A stretch of DNA of 64,000 bases, taken from positions 1 through 64,000 of the forward strand of contig CAVXRD010000005.1 of assembly GCA_963764165.1 (NCBI GenBank), given 5' to 3'. Source of the DNA: an uncultured Verrucomicrobiae bacterium. Its GTDB lineage: Bacteria; Verrucomicrobiota; Verrucomicrobiia; Limisphaerales; Palsa-1400. The notes below the pieces were generated by a model. It was not told the origin of the DNA and did not search any database. It saw only the letters and a program-made list of their open reading frames with translations. This document shows positions 42,101 through 50,380 of this stretch, in pieces. A program made the translations under genes and the position numbers. The first letter of the stretch is position 1; every line of letters starts with the position of its first letter.

Positions 42101-45100
42101 TTTCCAGCCACCGTTTATGAAAGCGCTCGACGTTTTCGGTCACGCGGCGGAAGCGCTCCGGGCCGCTTTGCGATTCGTGATGAATCACTTCGCTGGCCGG
42201 CTCGTAAACCGAGAGCCAGCCGCGTTCCTGGAAGCGCAGGCAAAGATCGACATCCTCGTAGCCGTTCCAATACTCGTCATCAAATCCGCCCAGCGCGTCG
42301 AAATAGGATTTGCGCGCCAGCATGCAGGCGGCGGTGACGGCCTGGTAAACGCGGCGCTGGTTGACCACGGGAAGACTGCTCTTTTCCTTGGCGAAAATAT
42401 GGAAGGCCAGCAGGGGATCGTGGCCGCGGCAATCCGCCAGGGCGACGCCCGCGTGCTGGATGGTGCCGTCCGGATACAGCAATTTGCAGCCGACCGCAGC
42501 GATGCGGGCATCCGCCTCCGCCAGGGCGACGAGCGGGTTGAGCCAGTTGGATTTGACTTCGGTGTCGTTGTTCAGGAAGACAATGTAGCGGCCGCGAGCG
42601 ATTCCCGCCCCTTGATTGCAGGCGGCGGCGAAGCCGGTGTTATCGGCATTGAAGATGGCGCGCAGGCGATTGCCGGATTCCTCGCCTCGCAGAAAATTCG
42701 GCGTGTCGTCGGTGGAACCGTTGTCAACGACAATGATTTCGTGGCGCGGCCCGGCGGCGTTCACCCGCAGGGCGCGGAGGCACTGGCGTGTCAAGTCGAG
42801 TTTGTTGAAAGTGGGAATGACGATGGAGACCAGCGGCGGCGCCTCGGTGGAGCGCGCTTTCCATCCTTTGAGCGAAGCCAGCAGGTTGACGGCGATTTGC
42901 TCGGAGGCTTCGTGCTTGATCGCTTTGGCGAGATCCGACGCAAGCCCAATTAGATGCGCAGCGCGCTGGGTGTCAAACGCCCGCATCTCGGACCCGACGT
43001 TCAGCAGAGCGTCAAGAATAATCATCGGATGCCGCGATGTCTCGACGGCTTTGACCGCTTGAATCAGGAATTTGACCGCCTTTTCCTTGTCCCCCTCCTT
43101 GGCAAAGACGCGGGCGGTTTCCAATTTGGAGCGCCACAGGACAGCCAGCTTCATTTCGGGGGAGGTCATCGACCAGTTGCCAAGTTTGGCCAGGCGCATT
43201 TGCTGTCCTTGCACGAGTTTCACCAATGGGCGGAAAGCTTCCGGCGCATCCTGCAAATAGGGGCGCAGGGCGCGCATGCGGTTGCGATACTGGCTCGTCG
43301 TGCGCATGACGCTGTCCGCGCAGATGCGATACCAGAAAAGAAATTCCGGCACTACCGTGAGCTTGTAACCTTTGAGCACCACGCGGGCGTGGAATTCCCA
43401 GTCTTCAAAAGACAGATTGCGATCCTCGGTGTAACCGCCCGCCGCGAAAAAGACCGAGCGGCGCACAATGGAATTGGCGTCACCAAGGCAGTTGTCAAAT
43501 ACGCCCACCGCACGCGATCCGCCCATCGGCAGCCAGACTGTCTTGGGGCCTTCCTTGCGATTTGGCGGTTCGTCGCCGGTAAAATGTTTCATGCCGCAGG
43601 CGACAATGTCTGCGCCGGAATTCACTGCCGCTTTGGCGAAGACGGTCACTTCGTGCGGCTCGGCGACGTTGTCGTCGTCCATGAACAAAAGATACTCGCC
43701 GGTGGCGTTCCGGGCGGCGGTGTTGCGCGCGGCTCCGAGATAACGATTCTCCTGCCGCACGATTTGCCAGCCGCGCTTGTCGAATTCGGGTTTGATCTGC
43801 GCGAGATAGGCGAGGGCTTCCGGTTTTGTGCTGCCGTCGTCCACCAGCACGACCTCGAGATTTGAATAGGTGATGTCTAATACGGACTCGACCGCTTGGC
43901 GAAGCAGGGTTGGGCGGTTGAAAGTTGTCAAACAAAGGCTAACCTTGGGCCATAGCGTTGGTTCGATGGACTTGGGAGTGGTCGGCGCCAACTCCGCCAC
44001 GCCTTCGTGCCATGCCGCCCAAGCCTTCTCATTGACGTCGGGATCGACCGCCATGCGAGCGGGCTTGAATCCGTTAAGAAGGGCCGTGGCCACCATCGGC
44101 GCGAGAGCTTTTGGATTCGGCTCGAAGCAAACGCGGTCAACATCGTCCGGCGAAATTAATTCAGGAATGCCGCCAACGCGGCTGGCGAGAAAAGCGATTT
44201 GCGATCCCAGGCACTCATAGACGGTATTCGGCGAATTCTCCATCAACGACGGAATGACCGCAAGGCGATGCGGGCTTTGCAGGAAAGCGCACGCCTCAAT
44301 TTGGTTCTTGTCAGAAATAATCTCCGTCTTCCAGGTCCAATTTCTCGCCCGGCGCTGGATGTATTCCTTGCCCGGCATTTCGCAAACGGTGGCTTCGCGC
44401 CCGAGGAACGAAACCATTTTGATTTTCCTGGCCGCTTCGGGAGGAAGTTGATCCATCGCGTCGCAAAACAGCGCGACGCCCTTGCGCGTTTCGAGCCGGC
44501 CGAAAAAGACCACTTCGTCAACCGTGCGCAAGCCGCCGGGATCCTGGGCCAGGGCGTTGCGGGCGGATTGCGGCAGGACGTATTGTTGAACAAAGCATTT
44601 CTCCGGCAATTGCCAGCCGCGGCTGCCGATGTAATTGATCAGGTAGTTGCTGGGGCTGCAAAGGCAGTCGCATTGGGCAACGCACTGGCGCTCCATGTAA
44701 TCCTGCTCCAATTCGCAGACATCCTGGATGTATTCCTGGTTGGCTTCCTTGATCCATTCCAGCATTCCGTGAAGTCCCAGGCAAATGAGGCTCCGCCCAA
44801 AAGCCATGCCCTGGCGCTTGGCGAGGATCGTGTAATAACCCGGCGCCTGCCATTCGGAAAAGTGGATGACGTCGAAATTATCATTTTGCTTCAGCCAATG
44901 GTAAACCTCATAAGGTTTGGTGAAATGAATGGGCCTTTCGAGGAAGGGTTTTTTGACTTCCGGGAGGGGAACGAGATTGATGCCATCGCGCCGGTAATTT
45001 TCAACCCACTTCTGCATTTCGTCCTGGTTGAGGCCCCGAGCATCTACATAAAGACAGGTGACATCATGGCCGGCCTTGGCCAGCGAGCGCGCCAGCGATG

Positions 45101-45278
45101 TGTAGGCGGTGCCAATGCCGCCATTGCGGGTCGGCCCGATAAATTCCGGGCTGGCGATGCAGACGCGGACGGGCCGCGTGGGCCGAGTGGCATCTTTCCG
45201 CGGGAAAATTGGCAGCGATGGGAACGCTTGGGGTTGGGTGGGGCTTTGTGTGTCCATATTAGCAGGTTGTTTGGCCAT
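39165..45278 (-). CDS. Giant multidomain glycosyltransferase (GT4-like + four GT2-like domains + TPRs)
   Basis: FFGRLE.RKG and EN.P..V.E (GT4); four S.C/I.I...N..VDxGS.D..DxD/NND modules; TPR-like helices; start uncertain. Confidence 0.9.
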   Translation of the reverse strand: MAKQPANMDTQSPTQPQAFPSLPIFPRKDATRPTRPVRVCIASPEFIGPTRNGGIGTAYTSLARSLAKAGHDVTCLYVDARGLNQDEMQKWVENYRRDGINLVPLPEVKKPFLERPIHFTKPYEVYHWLKQNDNFDVIHFSEWQAPGYYTILAKRQGMAFGRSLICLGLHGMLEWIKEANQEYIQDVCELEQDYMERQCVAQCDCLCSPSNYLINYIGSRGWQLPEKCFVQQYVLPQSARNALAQDPGGLRTVDEVVFFGRLETRKGVALFCDAMDQLPPEAARKIKMVSFLGREATVCEMPGKEYIQRRARNWTWKTEIISDKNQIEACAFLQSPHRLAVIPSLMENSPNTVYECLGSQIAFLASRVGGIPELISPDDVDRVCFEPNPKALAPMVATALLNGFKPARMAVDPDVNEKAWAAWHEGVAELAPTTPKSIEPTLWPKVSLCLTTFNRPTLLRQAVESVLDITYSNLEVVLVDDGSTKPEALAYLAQIKPEFDKRGWQIVRQENRYLGAARNTAARNATGEYLLFMDDDNVAEPHEVTVFAKAAVNSGADIVACGMKHFTGDEPPNRKEGPKTVWLPMGGSRAVGVFDNCLGDANSIVRRSVFFAAGGYTEDRNLSFEDWEFHARVVLKGYKLTVVPEFLFWYRICADSVMRTTSQYRNRMRALRPYLQDAPEAFRPLVKLVQGQQMRLAKLGNWSMTSPEMKLAVLWRSKLETARVFAKEGDKEKAVKFLIQAVKAVETSRHPMIILDALLNVGSEMRAFDTQRAAHLIGLASDLAKAIKHEASEQIAVNLLASLKGWKARSTEAPPLVSIVIPTFNKLDLTRQCLRALRVNAAGPRHEIIVVDNGSTDDTPNFLRGEESGNRLRAIFNADNTGFAAACNQGAGIARGRYIVFLNNDTEVKSNWLNPLVALAEADARIAAVGCKLLYPDGTIQHAGVALADCRGHDPLLAFHIFAKEKSSLPVVNQRRVYQAVTAACMLARKSYFDALGGFDDEYWNGYEDVDLCLRFQERGWLSVYEPASEVIHHESQSGPERFRRVTENVERFHKRWLEKASADILIDGENKSKPAPNAAIRPYSPPAEKLTSIIILAHNQLRDTQQCLTSIEKCTPLAHELILVDNGSNDGTTTFFRRYAEQHQNVRTILNGANLGFSAGNNQGLACAQGENIVLLNNDTVVTQGWLENMLATLNGHSDCGLVGPVSNNVSGPQLVTPVGYPGLEHLPKFAAQRSAEFAGKSTEAKRLVGFCLLFRRAVLEKIGGLDAQFGSGNFEDDDYCIRASLAGFKSRIALDSFVHHTGGQTFKGAKIDYRASLDRNWDVFKAKWAMPKEAAIERGYSFPTVLPQGQSLRLPLPELKSSHTPALDGRCWADKMSPVATGQKISRQVASIALPGCAMLGHLGEARELVRKRQWIAAWTAALSAIFARPYHPEAYLLLAEIAQAVGDANSARLCATTARNMAPTWAPPKQFLKGNLRGSTKPDWLKLPPALADDSAKPRISVCLIAKNEEKFIGQCLRSVKPIASQIVVVDTGSTDRTVEIAKELGAEIHPFPWCDDFSAARNAALERAAGDWILVLDADEELKPDQAGLLLREIRDSSVFGYRMPIVDTGREESGCSYVPRLFRNAPGIFFLGRVHEQAFSSIQVRCQQWGLKHALGKTILLHHGYTDAMVRSRNKIERNLRLLEKAIEELPGEPNLIMSLGLELVRSGKIEEGLDRYWEALRLMASQPEAEVTPELRETLLTQLPTHLMAAKKFGEIVQMWQSPFAKRAGMTASQHFCLGLAHMELKQPAEAAAQMRHCLAKRSRPGLSPINPEILKAGPHHCLALCLIALNDAEGAKQAFADAVAADPKSSRARFDLARFLAAQGQVGESLKWLRQLASENPLEPLVWELGAQAALSRPEFLNFALGWTAEAVEHFPKHPPLAAHRAETLLYCLKFADAAELWRKAPVSPRQRGAVVLCEVLTGGLHSNFSPAEEPAISREILNWYRQAIRVGAHGLISQIHERLETLRLTLPNFVKVLEAAHRQARQAAA

Positions 45279-45283
45279 GTGAA

Positions 45284-46426
45284 TCACGCAGCTTGAGCCG
45301 CCAGCACTTGTTCTGGGGCCAGAATTTCTCTCCATTCAGGGTGCAGCCGAACCGCATCCTGCAAAATCAGCCGGGCGTGAGTTCGGTGATTGCGGCGGCG
45401 GGCGCATTCCAGACGCGCGCGCCAGATCTCGATTTCGTTGGGAAAGATGCTGGCCAGGGTCTGATATAACAAACCCGCCTCTTCCCAATCCTGTTCCATG
45501 AAAAAAGCCTGAGCCAGGTGCCGGAGGCCGTGCGGGGATTTGGGCCGTTTGACCTCGGGTGGCCGAGGGGCTGCCGGCTGTTGAAGCAATTGATCCTGCA
45601 ATTCTAGAACGCGCATCAAAAGATCCAGCCGGTTCGTCTCCACGCGCTGCAAGAGCGGATTGCGGTCCCAGGGGGACAGCAATTTGGAAAGGGCCTCGCT
45701 CCATGGCTGGCTTCGCGAATAAATAACTCCCAATCCAAGGACTAGCGGGATGATGTTGAATTCAAAATCCCGCCGGGCGGCCAGAAAATCTTCCACCGCT
45801 GTTTTAACTCCGTTTGAAGGCCCGCCTTCCTCCAGCGCGAACGCCAGGCCGCCTCCGTAGCACATTCCTCCCTTAACCGTGCCGGAATTTCCAGGGGTGA
45901 TTCCGTGCAGGCAAGAATGGGGGCGCAAGCTGGGAGCCGGAATGGTGGCAGGATTGTAATACATGTCCCGCCGGGCGCAGGGCCAGCAGACGTCGTGAAG
46001 GATCGCCACCCACGGAGCATCACCGCAGGCCTCGGCGATCAACTCCAGCTCCCGCCGCACGGTGTAATAATTGTGATCGCCGTCAATAATATAGGCATCT
46101 GCTTTAAGGCCCGGCAAAGCCTGAAGGCTGGTATTCTCGATGAACTCAAAATACGGCTGCCCCGCGTGCGTTTTCATGAACTCCGCAGCCGAGGGCTGGA
46201 GATAGGTGTCGATGCTAATCATCCGGCCGCCAATCTTTTGGGCATGGGCGCACAGGAACTCGGTGAAGACGCCATGTTCAGAGCCGACTTCGACCAAATT
46301 CTTGGCGCGGGTCGTAACCAGAATATCCATGATCAACTCGCGGAAAGTGGCCATGGAGTATGGGTAGAGATGCCTGTTCATAGCCCACGATTTGCCAAGG
46401 TCGGCGGGATTTTGATTGGCTGGCAT
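45284..46426 (-). CDS. Class I SAM-dependent methyltransferase with TPR-like tail
   Basis: VEVGSEHG, IDGDHNYYTV..EL, LHDV.WP..RRD.YY. Confidence 0.8.
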   Translation of the reverse strand: MPANQNPADLGKSWAMNRHLYPYSMATFRELIMDILVTTRAKNLVEVGSEHGVFTEFLCAHAQKIGGRMISIDTYLQPSAAEFMKTHAGQPYFEFIENTSLQALPGLKADAYIIDGDHNYYTVRRELELIAEACGDAPWVAILHDVCWPCARRDMYYNPATIPAPSLRPHSCLHGITPGNSGTVKGGMCYGGGLAFALEEGGPSNGVKTAVEDFLAARRDFEFNIIPLVLGLGVIYSRSQPWSEALSKLLSPWDRNPLLQRVETNRLDLLMRVLELQDQLLQQPAAPRPPEVKRPKSPHGLRHLAQAFFMEQDWEEAGLLYQTLASIFPNEIEIWRARLECARRRNHRTHARLILQDAVRLHPEWREILAPEQVLAAQAA

Positions 46427-46465
46427 AGCTGTGTTCTAAGTTCGGATTTTCGCGCTTTGCGAAGT

Positions 46466-46801
46466 TCACTGCAAAAGGTTGAGGACGTTGTTGGATAATT
46501 GATTGGCCTGAGCGGCCAGTGCGGTCTGCGGATCCTCTTGGATGCCTTGCTGGACAGATTGGGTCGTTTGCTCGGCTTCCGTTTCAGTTTGGATTTCGGC
46601 CTCCGCCTCCTCGGCTTCGTTGGTCGTGGTGGTCAAGCGCTCCAAGGACGGCGTGAGTTGCGAGAACGCATTGACAGCATTGCCAGCCTCGTTTGCAGCG
46701 GGTGTAGCGGATGAATTTGCGGCCGCCCCACTCGCATTCGCGCGCTGATTCTGCGCGCTCGCAAGCGTGGTGTCCAAGGATGCGTCAGGATTGACAAGCA
46801 T
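46466..46801 (-). CDS. Small protein ending in a flagellin C-terminal-like helix
   Basis: ALAAQANQLSNNVLNLLQ resembles the flagellin C-terminus (LAQANQ.PQ.VL.LL); overlaps the csrA 3' end. Confidence 0.7.
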   Translation of the reverse strand: MLVNPDASLDTTLASAQNQRANASGAAANSSATPAANEAGNAVNAFSQLTPSLERLTTTTNEAEEAEAEIQTETEAEQTTQSVQQGIQEDPQTALAAQANQLSNNVLNLLQ

Positions 46802-47132
46802 GGGATGAAGTCGGTTGGGCGTTCACAATGACGGGCGCGGGCGCGGCTGTGGCGACCGCCGGAGTGGCGGCGGCGGGCTTTCGGTTGGAAGCGGTGCGTG
46901 GCGCGGAAATTTTTGCCTTGGCGGTGAGGCGCGGCAGTGTGCCTTTGGTCTGGGTCAGCGCTTCCTGGTTGTTTTTCTGGATTTCATCGTAAACCTCCTG
47001 CCGATGCACAGGGATGCTCGCCGGGGCTTCGATGCCCACTTTGACCACGTCGCCTTCCAGCCGCATGATTTTGATGGTGATGCGACCGTCAATAACAATG
47101 CTTTCACCGGGTTTGCGCGAGAGAATGAGCAT
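46785..47132 (-). CDS. csrA: Carbon storage regulator CsrA with Ala/Pro-rich extension
   Basis: MLILSRKPGESIVI, VKVGIEAP..IPVHRQEVY.EI..N. Confidence 0.95.
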   Translation of the reverse strand: MLILSRKPGESIVIDGRITIKIMRLEGDVVKVGIEAPASIPVHRQEVYDEIQKNNQEALTQTKGTLPRLTAKAKISAPRTASNRKPAAATPAVATAAPAPVIVNAQPTSSHACQS

Positions 47133-47152
47133 GGCGGCTTTTCGGTGAAGAT

Positions 47153-47590
47153 TTAGGAAAGAGGCAGGGGATGGCGAATGGCGTATTCCACCGCGTTGAC
47201 GGGAATGACTTGCTTCCCGACGAGCGTGCGGCGGTTGATGATGATGGGACCTTTCAAATTGACCGTGGGGCTTACGCCGGGGCGCATCGTCACGATGTTC
47301 AGGACCAGCGCTTCCGAAGGGTCGTTCAACTCGAGAAACGCCACGTCCAGGTCGCTGATGTCAGGGCTGTAATCCGCCAGCACGAAGTTCGGCGGGATGA
47401 CGAGGAAGGCGTGCTTGGCCTCTCCGGCCATTTGCAGCCAAAGGAACGGCTCTTCTTCCGGCCGCGTCAGCAGCACGTAATCCTTGACGCGCTCGAATCC
47501 CAGCAAACCGAAAGGAAGCTGGATGATATTCGCTTCGTTGATCTCGGCACGCTCGACCGGCGCCATTTGCAATGTATTCATGGATTTCAA
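47153..47590 (-). CDS. fliW: Flagellar assembly factor / CsrA antagonist FliW
   Basis: GLLGFE, PFLWLQ, TVNLKGPIIIN....GKQVI. Confidence 0.93.
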   Translation of the reverse strand: MKSMNTLQMAPVERAEINEANIIQLPFGLLGFERVKDYVLLTRPEEEPFLWLQMAGEAKHAFLVIPPNFVLADYSPDISDLDVAFLELNDPSEALVLNIVTMRPGVSPTVNLKGPIIINRRTLVGKQVIPVNAVEYAIRHPLPLS

Positions 47591-47613
47591 AGTTGTTCGG
47601 TCAAAAGCTGACT

Positions 47614-47629
47614 AGCAGAGGCCATGCCA
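47614..47629 (-). promoter_or_regulatory. Sigma54 (-24/-12) promoter of the fliW-csrA operon
   Basis: TGGCATGGCCTCTGCT: GG and GC at the canonical spacing, ~25 bp upstream of fliW. Confidence 0.7.
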
Positions 47630-47744
47630 CGCTGTTTTTGCCGGTTTCTCGGGGCAACGCGAGGGGCAGAAGGCCAAAACAGGAAAAAATGACCGGGTTA
47701 AACGTGCCATGCAGACAATTGTTGCCCCACGAATGGGGGAAGGA

Positions 47745-47908
47745 TTTTAATCAGGAACGACCGAACTCAGGAACGGAGGCACAAGCAGATCTCACATGCT
47801 GGTTCATTCGTGCCCGCAGCCCATATATGTCCCATGCTTCACATTATTCCCATTACTCGCAATGCGACCCCAGCCTCCGTTCCTGAGTTTGGTCGTTCCT
47901 GATTAAAA
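47745..47908. repeat. MITE-like element (family B) with 36-bp terminal IRs
   Basis: TTTTAATCAGGAACGACCGAACTCAGGAACGGAGGC ... inverted copy with one mismatch; second copy at 59376-59525. Confidence 0.85.
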
Positions 47909-47971
47909 ATTTCAGCATCAGGGTTCGTGCTTGCGCGCCTCCCCTGAAGAATTAAGTTCTCTCCGAGCCGT

Positions 47972-49789
47972 ATGATCCGTGCCGAAAACCATTTTGATTT
48001 TTCGTTCCCCCGGGAAGTTGTTTGGCCGGTGCTCAGCAAAACGGATTGGCTCAATCGCGCACTCGGCTTTCCCCCCGTCAAATACGATGTCAAACCCGCC
48101 TTGGAAGGCGGGAGCCGTGTGACTGCGGCGGCCTCGGTGGGCGGGCTGACCTTGCGCTGGCTGGAACTGCCTTTTGAATGGCTCGAGCCGGAATTTCATC
48201 GCGTCCGGCGTGTTTTCGACGGGGGTCCGTTGCGGGAAGTGGTGGCCGGCCTCGGTTTGACCTCTCTTCCGCAGGATCATTGCCGCGCCACCTTTTACTC
48301 CGAATGGACGCCGCGCGGCCTGGTGGGAAAGGCTCTGGCTCTGGTCCTGGCCAAGAAATCGCGGCGCGATCTCCAGCGCGTTCTGGCCCATGTGCAGAAA
48401 TTCCTCGGCGGACGCCGGAAAATCCTGCTGCCCAGCCTTCCTTCGAGCTCTGTCCATGAAACGGCGCTGCAATCGGCATTGGCGAAGCTGGCGGAATTCG
48501 GCCAGCCCCCGGAATTGGTGGCGCGGCTGGAAAAGTTTCTGCGCGAATCGCCCGATGTGGAGATGAGCCATATTCGCGCGTTCGCGGTGGCGCGGCAATG
48601 GTCACTCGAACCGTGGGCCGTGCTGGGACTGTTTTTGCGGGCCACCCGATGCGGATTGCTCGACTTGCGCTGGGAAGTGTTGTGCCCCAATTGCCGGTCA
48701 TCCCGGCAACCGCCGATTTCGTCGCTCGCGAATATCAAGAGCGCCGCCCATTGCGATGTGTGCGAAATCAAATTCGACGCCGAGTTCGACAAATCGGTGG
48801 AGTTGAAATTCTCGGTCAACCGATCCATTCGCGCACTCGAGGATCAAACATTCTGCCTGGCCGGCCCCGGCGGCAAACCGCACATCCTGAGCCAGGTTTT
48901 GATTGACGCAAAAAGCGATAAACTTTGGAAATGGCCTTCCGCCAGGTATTCGCTTCGCCTGCAATCGCCCCAGGTTTCGGCGTCGGCGGTGGTTTCGCCG
49001 GAGGAATGGCCCGGACCGGGCGAGCGGTTGGTAGTTCGGTGCGATTCGGATAAGTTCGACTTGACGCGCGAATCTGTGAAAACGAGTGAAGCGCGTGAAG
49101 CCCGTCTCATCAATCCTTCGGCGTTTCCCATTCAAGTGAGCTGGCATCAGCTTAGCTGGAGCGAAGATGTGTTGACAGCGGCCCGCGTTTCCAACTGGCA
49201 GGAATTTCGCGAGCTGTTTGCCAGCGAAGTCATTTCGCCCAGCGAGCGGGTGACGGTGGGTTCGCAAGTGGTCATGTTCACGGATTTGCGCGGTTCGACA
49301 GCGCTTTATCATTCGATGGGCGATGCCGCGGCTTACAGTCTGGTGCGAAACCATTTCGCTGTATTAACGCGCGTGATCGGAACGCATCACGGCGCGGTGG
49401 TCAAGACGATTGGCGATGCGGTCATGGCCAGTTTCAGCCGCGTGGATGAAGCTCTGCAAGCCGTGAAGCTCGCCTTCGAGCAATTGCCCGGCGCGAACCC
49501 CGGCCTCGCTGCGCCGCTGATTCTAAAAACGAGCCTGCACGTCGGCCCTTGCCTCGCTGTCAATGCGAATGACAAGCTGGATTACTTCGGCACCGCGGTG
49601 AATCTCGCGGCTCGGATGGTCGAATGCTGCGACGGCGGAGATTTAACTGTGTCCGACGATTTTTTCCAGCGCCCGGAAACCGCGCAATTTCTGGAAGGCC
49701 ACAAAGCCGTTCCCGTAAGCTCGGAAATGCGCTTTCGCGGGTTCAATTCTCCTCACCGCGTGTGGAAAATCCGGATGGGGAAGGATTGA
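47972..49789 (+). CDS. Class III adenylate cyclase with SRPBCC-like and DUF5939-like N-terminal domains
   Basis: FTDLRGST, KTIGDAVM, DYFGTAVNLAAR; CPNC...CDVC. Confidence 0.88.
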   Translation: MIRAENHFDFSFPREVVWPVLSKTDWLNRALGFPPVKYDVKPALEGGSRVTAAASVGGLTLRWLELPFEWLEPEFHRVRRVFDGGPLREVVAGLGLTSLPQDHCRATFYSEWTPRGLVGKALALVLAKKSRRDLQRVLAHVQKFLGGRRKILLPSLPSSSVHETALQSALAKLAEFGQPPELVARLEKFLRESPDVEMSHIRAFAVARQWSLEPWAVLGLFLRATRCGLLDLRWEVLCPNCRSSRQPPISSLANIKSAAHCDVCEIKFDAEFDKSVELKFSVNRSIRALEDQTFCLAGPGGKPHILSQVLIDAKSDKLWKWPSARYSLRLQSPQVSASAVVSPEEWPGPGERLVVRCDSDKFDLTRESVKTSEAREARLINPSAFPIQVSWHQLSWSEDVLTAARVSNWQEFRELFASEVISPSERVTVGSQVVMFTDLRGSTALYHSMGDAAAYSLVRNHFAVLTRVIGTHHGAVVKTIGDAVMASFSRVDEALQAVKLAFEQLPGANPGLAAPLILKTSLHVGPCLAVNANDKLDYFGTAVNLAARMVECCDGGDLTVSDDFFQRPETAQFLEGHKAVPVSSEMRFRGFNSPHRVWKIRMGKD

Positions 49790-49818
49790 ATCTGGATGTG
49801 CATATAATCTCGAAAAAC

Positions 49819-49899
49819 CCGCTACACCCGCTACATCGTTGATTATCAACTAGATAAACCGCTACATTTGCCGCTACAGGGCCGCTACAAACCGCTACA
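49819..49899 (+). repeat. Six CCGCTACA direct repeats around the palindrome GTTGATTATCAAC
   Basis: Copies start at 49819, 49828, 49859, 49871, 49882 and 49892; GGGTGCAATA x2 near 49995. Confidence 0.85.
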
Positions 49900-50380
49900 T
49901 TCCGGGCGAGGGGATCCAGTTGAGTGAAACAATGTGCTTTCCATGGCATCCTTTGACACCCGGCAACCACCGTCCAAACCTCGCGAAAAACCAAGGGTGC
50001 AATAGGGTGCAATAGCCTGCAACGCCCCGATAACGATTTACTTAGCCGGAGCCATGGAGTTCATTTCACGGGGGAGCACGCCCGCCCCCGGGTGTGGACG
50101 ACTGGCGCCTCGCCAGTCGCCATTGGCAAATTCGTCGACCCAAACAATTCAGGCATTGAATGTGTTCCGCGAGGGCGCGGAACACTGCATACCGCCTAGA
50201 CGGGTCGTGCGCCCCCCAATCCAACTGCATCGTTCCGACTAAGCCCCGAGTCAGAGACTCCTGTTTTTTTTGAATTTTCAAAGAACACGCCCTGAGGGCG
50301 ACAGGGGGAAAAATAAGCCCAAAAATCTTTTTTGTCAATTATGCTTGCAGTTACACGGTTATGTGGTATTTAGTGGGCGT

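Noticed and set aside
49819..49899. CRISPR array
   Set aside because: 8-bp repeats with mostly 1-4 bp gaps, no unique spacers and no cas genes
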